Below are positions 59,277-64,000 of a stretch of 64,000 bases of DNA, piece after piece. Numbering within the stretch: the stretch's first letter is position 1; each line of letters starts with the position of its first letter. Position numbers and translations under genes: made by a program. The stretch comes from a bacterium (lineage in GTDB: Bacteria; Zhuqueibacterota; Zhuqueibacteria; Residuimicrobiales; Krinioviventaceae), in NCBI GenBank assembly GCA_963675755.2, contig CAXXMD010000003.1, forward strand, positions 64,001 to 128,000, written 5' to 3'. Under the pieces are notes generated by a model that was not told the origin of the DNA, ran no database searches, and was given only the letters and a program-made list of their open reading frames with translations.

Positions 59277-61316
59277 TTATCCCAATACTCCGGAACTGTC
59301 TACTGCCACAACGACCATCTTGTGTGCCGGCAGATCAAGCGGAGCATTTGCATCCATAGCCACAGGTTTGGAAGATTTAATATCCAGCAAATACAGTTTA
59401 CCGGAAAGGCTGAATTCGGGCTTCACTTTAAGGTCTGATTCGCCTTCATTAAAAATCATATAGCAGTTCAAGCCTTCTTTAACAACATGCCGTACCCGAA
59501 TATCTTTGGCGTCTGCACCAAATTTAACATCCCGGTCTGTTAGCTTGTCTATGGCAGAAACAAGTACTGCACTATCCATACCGGGGTTCCAGCGGATGAC
59601 TCGTCCCGCTTTTTCTAAAATGTCTAAGGCGGATTTGGCCTCTTCCGGTATTATCACCTCCGGTTCAACAACAAGGGTCTTGTAATGCATACCGGCAATA
59701 TGAATACCGTCTTTATCCACTTTAGCGTCTTCCCATAAATGCCGTGCTTCCAGATAATTAAAGTCGATCTGGTTTTGAAAACAAACCTTGGCAGATGGCC
59801 AGGGCAAATAATCGTTCAATCCCAGAATTGCAACATCACACACCTGTTTGCTGTCAGTATTCAACCAGCATAAACGACTGGTAGCATCGGCAAAGGGCTT
59901 GAATTCGCCCCACCAGGTATTGTTGGGACCAACATCCGGCGGACGTTCATCAACACGCGGGCCCCGCACAGAGTAATAAAACGCATGCGGATATAAAAGA
60001 TTGCAGCCACGAACAATCAGCCAGTTTGCCAGCCATTTCATTTCACGAAAGGTAAAATCGTGCCCATACGCGCCGCAATACTCGTTGGAATTGCGTCGGC
60101 GTCCCAGGTGAACCATAGCAGACGATGCACACTTGCCCATGGTAGATTGGGGTCCTTCCAGCGCGTTGGGTTTACCCGGTTCAACATAGCGCCATACAAT
60201 ATCCTGTCCCGGAAAATGAAAATAACGCAGATGCCCAATATCATCGGGATCCGCCGGGTGTCCGGCCAAAGCGACATTGTGTTCGCTGCACCACTCGGAT
60301 ATAGGTTTGTAATAGGTTTCTTCCAGACGTGCTTCCAATGCACGGTCATAATCCAGCCTGTACTTTTCCGCGTCCGGTTCATCATCAAACCATAATGCAG
60401 CCAAATGCGGAGTAAAATCATAACCCAGCCACTCGTTTACAAATTTCAACACATCCGCGTTGCCGGGTTTGGCGCCGCGTTCGCCCCGCTTGCCAAAAAA
60501 TGAAGGTTCATCCGTAAACACAGCTTTGATGGTTTTGCCGAAATGTTTTGAAAATTCATCATAATATCGTTGATAGACCAAACGGATAAAGCATTGCATG
60601 GCCTCAGGATTCAAAATATCGCCCAGTTCCGGCATATTTTCAGGGACTTCTTTTTTTTCAGGACGGCGTTTTGCGTCAGGATCGACAAAATGCAATCCGC
60701 GTATCAAAGAATACCCATCACTGATAAACCGGTCAACAACTGCAATTTGGTGTCCGTCCTGTTTACGTTTCACAATGGTAATCAGGTTTTGATCTTTTCC
60801 CATAACCGGTTTGCCATCCGCACCGATCTTGAATCCCTGTACTTCATCACCAGGTTTAACACTGTCCAGATCGATATAAAACAACCCGCGGGGACGATAA
60901 GCGCGGTTCTCTGCAACGACCTGTCCGCTTGCAGAACCACTGGGGTACATGCCTTCATCATACAGTACCACCCACATGTCCTTTTTTTCTGCCAAATCAA
61001 TTGCATAACGCATATAGTGGATCATTTTATCACTCATCCAGCCAATATCACGCGGTAATCCGGCACGGGGATGAATCACAAATCCATAAACACCATGATC
61101 GCAAAAGTCCTGCATTTGACGTGCAATTTCTTTTTCAGTCAAACCATCATTCCAGAACCAGAACGGTGCCTGAGAAAACTCGTGTGGCGGTACAGACCAG
61201 CTTTCAAGAAAAGCGTGTTGTGGAGCTTGGGAACTATTGAAACAATTCAATGCCGCGGCAGATCCGGCCACAGCAACTGAACCTATAAAATGACGCCGGG
61301 ATATTTTCATAATCAT
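59277..61316 (-). CDS. GH106-like (alpha-L-rhamnosidase-related) glycoside hydrolase, Tat lipoprotein
   Basis: SRRHFIG...LNC; PFWFWN, IHPRAGL, LYDE..YPSG.A.G.V, FTDEP, PG.D, SSA....GR....E..GAYG, G.N...PHAFYYS. Confidence 0.7.
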   Translation of the reverse strand: MIMKISRRHFIGSVAVAGSAAALNCFNSSQAPQHAFLESWSVPPHEFSQAPFWFWNDGLTEKEIARQMQDFCDHGVYGFVIHPRAGLPRDIGWMSDKMIHYMRYAIDLAEKKDMWVVLYDEGMYPSGSASGQVVAENRAYRPRGLFYIDLDSVKPGDEVQGFKIGADGKPVMGKDQNLITIVKRKQDGHQIAVVDRFISDGYSLIRGLHFVDPDAKRRPEKKEVPENMPELGDILNPEAMQCFIRLVYQRYYDEFSKHFGKTIKAVFTDEPSFFGKRGERGAKPGNADVLKFVNEWLGYDFTPHLAALWFDDEPDAEKYRLDYDRALEARLEETYYKPISEWCSEHNVALAGHPADPDDIGHLRYFHFPGQDIVWRYVEPGKPNALEGPQSTMGKCASSAMVHLGRRRNSNEYCGAYGHDFTFREMKWLANWLIVRGCNLLYPHAFYYSVRGPRVDERPPDVGPNNTWWGEFKPFADATSRLCWLNTDSKQVCDVAILGLNDYLPWPSAKVCFQNQIDFNYLEARHLWEDAKVDKDGIHIAGMHYKTLVVEPEVIIPEEAKSALDILEKAGRVIRWNPGMDSAVLVSAIDKLTDRDVKFGADAKDIRVRHVVKEGLNCYMIFNEGESDLKVKPEFSLSGKLYLLDIKSSKPVAMDANAPLDLPAHKMVVVAVDSSGVLG

Positions 61317-61331
61317 CCTTCTTGTATATTA

Positions 61332-62957
61332 TTATAATTTTCTATACCAGGGTAAACGTGTCAATGGTGCATCAACCTCAATCTTTGTCGGACCTTTGAC
61401 GATAGAACCATCATCACCTTTCCACTTGCCCTCCGGCAGGTATACAATTCGGCTGCGTGCCCCTTTATCCAAAACAGGCGCAACCAGAATAAAACTGCCC
61501 AGCATAAATTGATCTGTTATTCTATCATAGCCCCTGTTGGGGAAAACATAATCCATAGATCGAACTATGGGCTCACCACTTTTTGCAGATTCTTTCGCCA
61601 AGGCCAGAATCTCTGCACCCATATCCGTGTGCAGATTGGCCATATCTACACATATTTGCAAATTCTCTTTACTTAAAATCCGCCAGGGTGCAACCGAAAA
61701 CTGCATCATGGGCATCAGTGCATGACATTGCGCGGCACGCACAACAAGCTCCTGATCAATTTGTTCCAGGTCCATGAATGACAAATATTCTCCCCCGCCT
61801 ATCATATCGGGACATGTAAAGGGATACCCCATCAATCCCTGGTTGATAATTCCGGGAATGAGTTTATGCAAATCCTGCCAGTTATGGGACTTGTCCCGCA
61901 AGCGCATGGCAATTGGCTGCCCGCCCATTTTCCAGGCGGCCCGATATTCATTATACGGATAATCCAAACCCACCTTGACAAACAATTCCGAATGTTGGTT
62001 GGGTGTTATATCTTTTTGAAAAGAAAGCGTGGGGCTCAGGAACCGTTCCGCGGTATAATGCTTTGCGTCCCCGCCATCAAATTTAAATCCATCAATACCA
62101 TAGGTTTCTACCAGATAGTCAAGTTTTCCGGTAAACCAGGCTCTCCCATCCGGATGTGACAGATCCACAACATGGCTGTATCCGTTCCACCATTGCATCA
62201 CTGCCGGGTAATCTGGGTTTTCGGCATTGACTATCCAGATTGTATCTTTTTTAGCTTTATAATCTAACCATAATGTTTTCCAATATTGCCCATCTGAAGT
62301 GATGTACGGACAAATCCATAATATCACCTTGAATCCCAACTGATGCAGCTCAGTCATCATGGATTTCGGATCAGGGAAACGGGTCGGCTCAAACTCCCAA
62401 TCGCCATAGGTCTTGAACCAGCCTTCATCAATCATCAAAACACCGGGTTCAAATCCGCTTTCAACAATCTTGTGTGCGTATTCTAATATTCCCTGTTGAT
62501 GTTGATCATAAGTAAACTCTATCCAGGTATTAAATTGTGGTTTTAAAAACAACTCTGGCGCAGGTATTTTCCCTGAAGCGGGGAAATAACGGCTGCTGAC
62601 ATATTTATATACGTCTTCAAGGGATCGTCCATGAGTACCGCTTTGCAAGGACCCGAATTGCGACTCTACTTTTAATACTTTATTACTGAATTGGAATTTA
62701 AACGGATCCTCAGACCAAATATATCTACCTTTATTGGATAATAACAAAGGCTGTCCCTGGTTTCCGGCAATATTACCTAAAAAATCAAATTGAAAATCCT
62801 CATCATGAACAGGCATCAAATGCGATTCAGCAACAACACCCATCCACCATTGTTCATCCTCTAAAATTTGAAATTCCAGAACATTATTTTGTGAAAATAG
62901 CGTTATCGGCAAAAAATAAATAACACAAACGATTGAGAGGAATATATTTTTTTTCAC
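61332..62957 (-). CDS. Exported GH31 glycoside hydrolase
   Basis: GTG start with signal peptide; PQFNTWIE, MIDEGW, GFKFDGGD (nucleophile), CPDMIGGG (acid/base), PMMQFS.APW, DQFMLG..ILVAPV. Confidence 0.88.
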   Translation of the reverse strand: MKKNIFLSIVCVIYFLPITLFSQNNVLEFQILEDEQWWMGVVAESHLMPVHDEDFQFDFLGNIAGNQGQPLLLSNKGRYIWSEDPFKFQFSNKVLKVESQFGSLQSGTHGRSLEDVYKYVSSRYFPASGKIPAPELFLKPQFNTWIEFTYDQHQQGILEYAHKIVESGFEPGVLMIDEGWFKTYGDWEFEPTRFPDPKSMMTELHQLGFKVILWICPYITSDGQYWKTLWLDYKAKKDTIWIVNAENPDYPAVMQWWNGYSHVVDLSHPDGRAWFTGKLDYLVETYGIDGFKFDGGDAKHYTAERFLSPTLSFQKDITPNQHSELFVKVGLDYPYNEYRAAWKMGGQPIAMRLRDKSHNWQDLHKLIPGIINQGLMGYPFTCPDMIGGGEYLSFMDLEQIDQELVVRAAQCHALMPMMQFSVAPWRILSKENLQICVDMANLHTDMGAEILALAKESAKSGEPIVRSMDYVFPNRGYDRITDQFMLGSFILVAPVLDKGARSRIVYLPEGKWKGDDGSIVKGPTKIEVDAPLTRLPWYRKL

Positions 62958-63051
62958 AATCCGGTCCCTACAATTTATAAGCATTCTTTTATTGTAAAGA
63001 TTTTTTGATTGATTTTCAAGTTCTTTTAAAACAAGGATCAAAGAAAAAATC

Positions 63052-63086
63052 AAAAAAAAAGCACTGACAAACAATCATGTCAGTGC
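63052..63086 (-). terminator. Intrinsic terminator of VOC gene
   Basis: Minus strand gcactgaca-N8-tgtcagtgc followed by T9. Confidence 0.85.
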
Positions 63087-63115
63087 TCAAATATTGTTGT
63101 ATTTAAAACCCTTTT

Positions 63116-63535
63116 CTAGGCTTCCGCTTCATAGTTAACCATCCAGATAATTCCATATTTATCTACCAGTTGACCAAACATTGCGCCCCAAAATGTCTTA
63201 CCCCAGGGCATTACCACATTCGCACCTTCGGACAGGTTATTAAACCAGGCTTCTCCTTTTTTCTCATCATCTATCTGAATTATTATTTGCACATTATTGC
63301 CGTTTTCCAGTTTGCTTCCCGGCATTATGTCTGCTCCCATTAAAAGGGCTTTACCATCAATTTTCAATGAAGCGTGCATAATTTTATCAAGATACTCGGG
63401 CGGCATTTCTGCTTCCACAGGTGTTCCTTTAGCCGTCATGGTTTCCAGCTCAGCACCCAATGCGTTTTTATAAAAAGTCATAGCATCCAAACAGTTTCCA
63501 TCAAATGACAAGTATGGATTTATAGAGATAAACAT
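63116..63535 (-). CDS. VOC family protein (PhnB/YjdN-like)
   Basis: INPYLSFDGNC..A..FY..ALG, IMHA.L, LMGAD, TFWGA.FG...DKYGI.WMVN. Confidence 0.9.
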   Translation of the reverse strand: MFISINPYLSFDGNCLDAMTFYKNALGAELETMTAKGTPVEAEMPPEYLDKIMHASLKIDGKALLMGADIMPGSKLENGNNVQIIIQIDDEKKGEAWFNNLSEGANVVMPWGKTFWGAMFGQLVDKYGIIWMVNYEAEA

Positions 63536-63720
63536 ATTTTCCTCCTACAATTTTGGGATTATAAACGCATAAAACAAATCAAAGGGCTTGATTATTCTTG
63601 ATACAAGAAAAAAACAAACATTTTACGCATATCTGATAAATGAATCGATATGTAAAAATTTAATTGTTTTTTTATAATAAAATTGGTTATATTTACCACA
63701 ATAATAATAATCAGAGAATT

Positions 63721-64000
63721 ATGAACACACAAAATCCCACATATTCAATGTCTTTACCGTCAGCATTAGCTAACGGCCGGGAATCTGTGTGCCTGTGGAA
63801 AAATCTGAATATTATATCCTCATTAGTAAACATACCGGGTGTGATTGTACAACGCCTGGTGGTCGTCGTCCCTGTTATTCTTCTTAACCTCTTGTCTGTG
63901 GGTGTGGTGGTTCGCGTCAGCGAATAACAACCCGGTGCAAGAGGAAATCTCGTAATACATCCAAACATTTAACACAACGCTCTCAACCCATCCTCTGCAC
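63721..64000 (+). promoter_or_regulatory. Probable branched-chain amino acid attenuator: Val/Leu/Ile-rich leader ORF (stop 63927) plus alternative pairings
   Basis: Last 28 codons VIVQRLVVVVPVILLNLLSVGVVVRVSE; accgggt(63834)/acccggt(63930) and gtgcaagagg(63935)/cctctgcac(63992) pairings; truncated by window end. Confidence 0.55.

Noticed and set aside
26140-60421. Long antisense or alternate-frame ORFs (e.g. 26140-26658, 35573-36139, 40072-40701, 46165-46677, 49848-50360)
   Set aside because: They lie wholly or almost wholly over well-supported genes and show no recognisable motifs; shadow ORFs

Overview
A gene-dense window of roughly 40% GC (estimated by eye) from a diderm FCB-group bacterium. 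The 'QNYPNPFNP...KMxLxK' C-terminal sorting domains, GWxTD protein and many Tat-exported enzymes suggest a KSB1/Calditrichota-like lineage (inference). 1-37 kb holds a Kelch/DUF4270/FadL-like outer-membrane trio, a DUF433/DUF5615 toxin-antitoxin pair, an anaerobic sulfatase maturase, pullulanase, a giant C10 protease, TldD/PmbA, glycerate kinase, an arylsulfotransferase, a sulfatase and a frameshifted SH3/PQQ secreted protein. 37.5-53.3 kb holds largely exported sugar/sulfate enzymes separated by long spacers packed with at least five families of REP-like palindromes, which show compensatory base changes, plus an AT-rich orphan islet. The most striking element is a tandem array of seven paralogous unknown exported proteins (53.3-59.1 kb) with variable glycine-zipper cores, a conserved C-terminal hairpin ending in Phe, and mosaic relationships. 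The window ends in a probable Val/Leu/Ile attenuator leader. No rRNA, tRNA, CRISPR array or intact transposase was seen.
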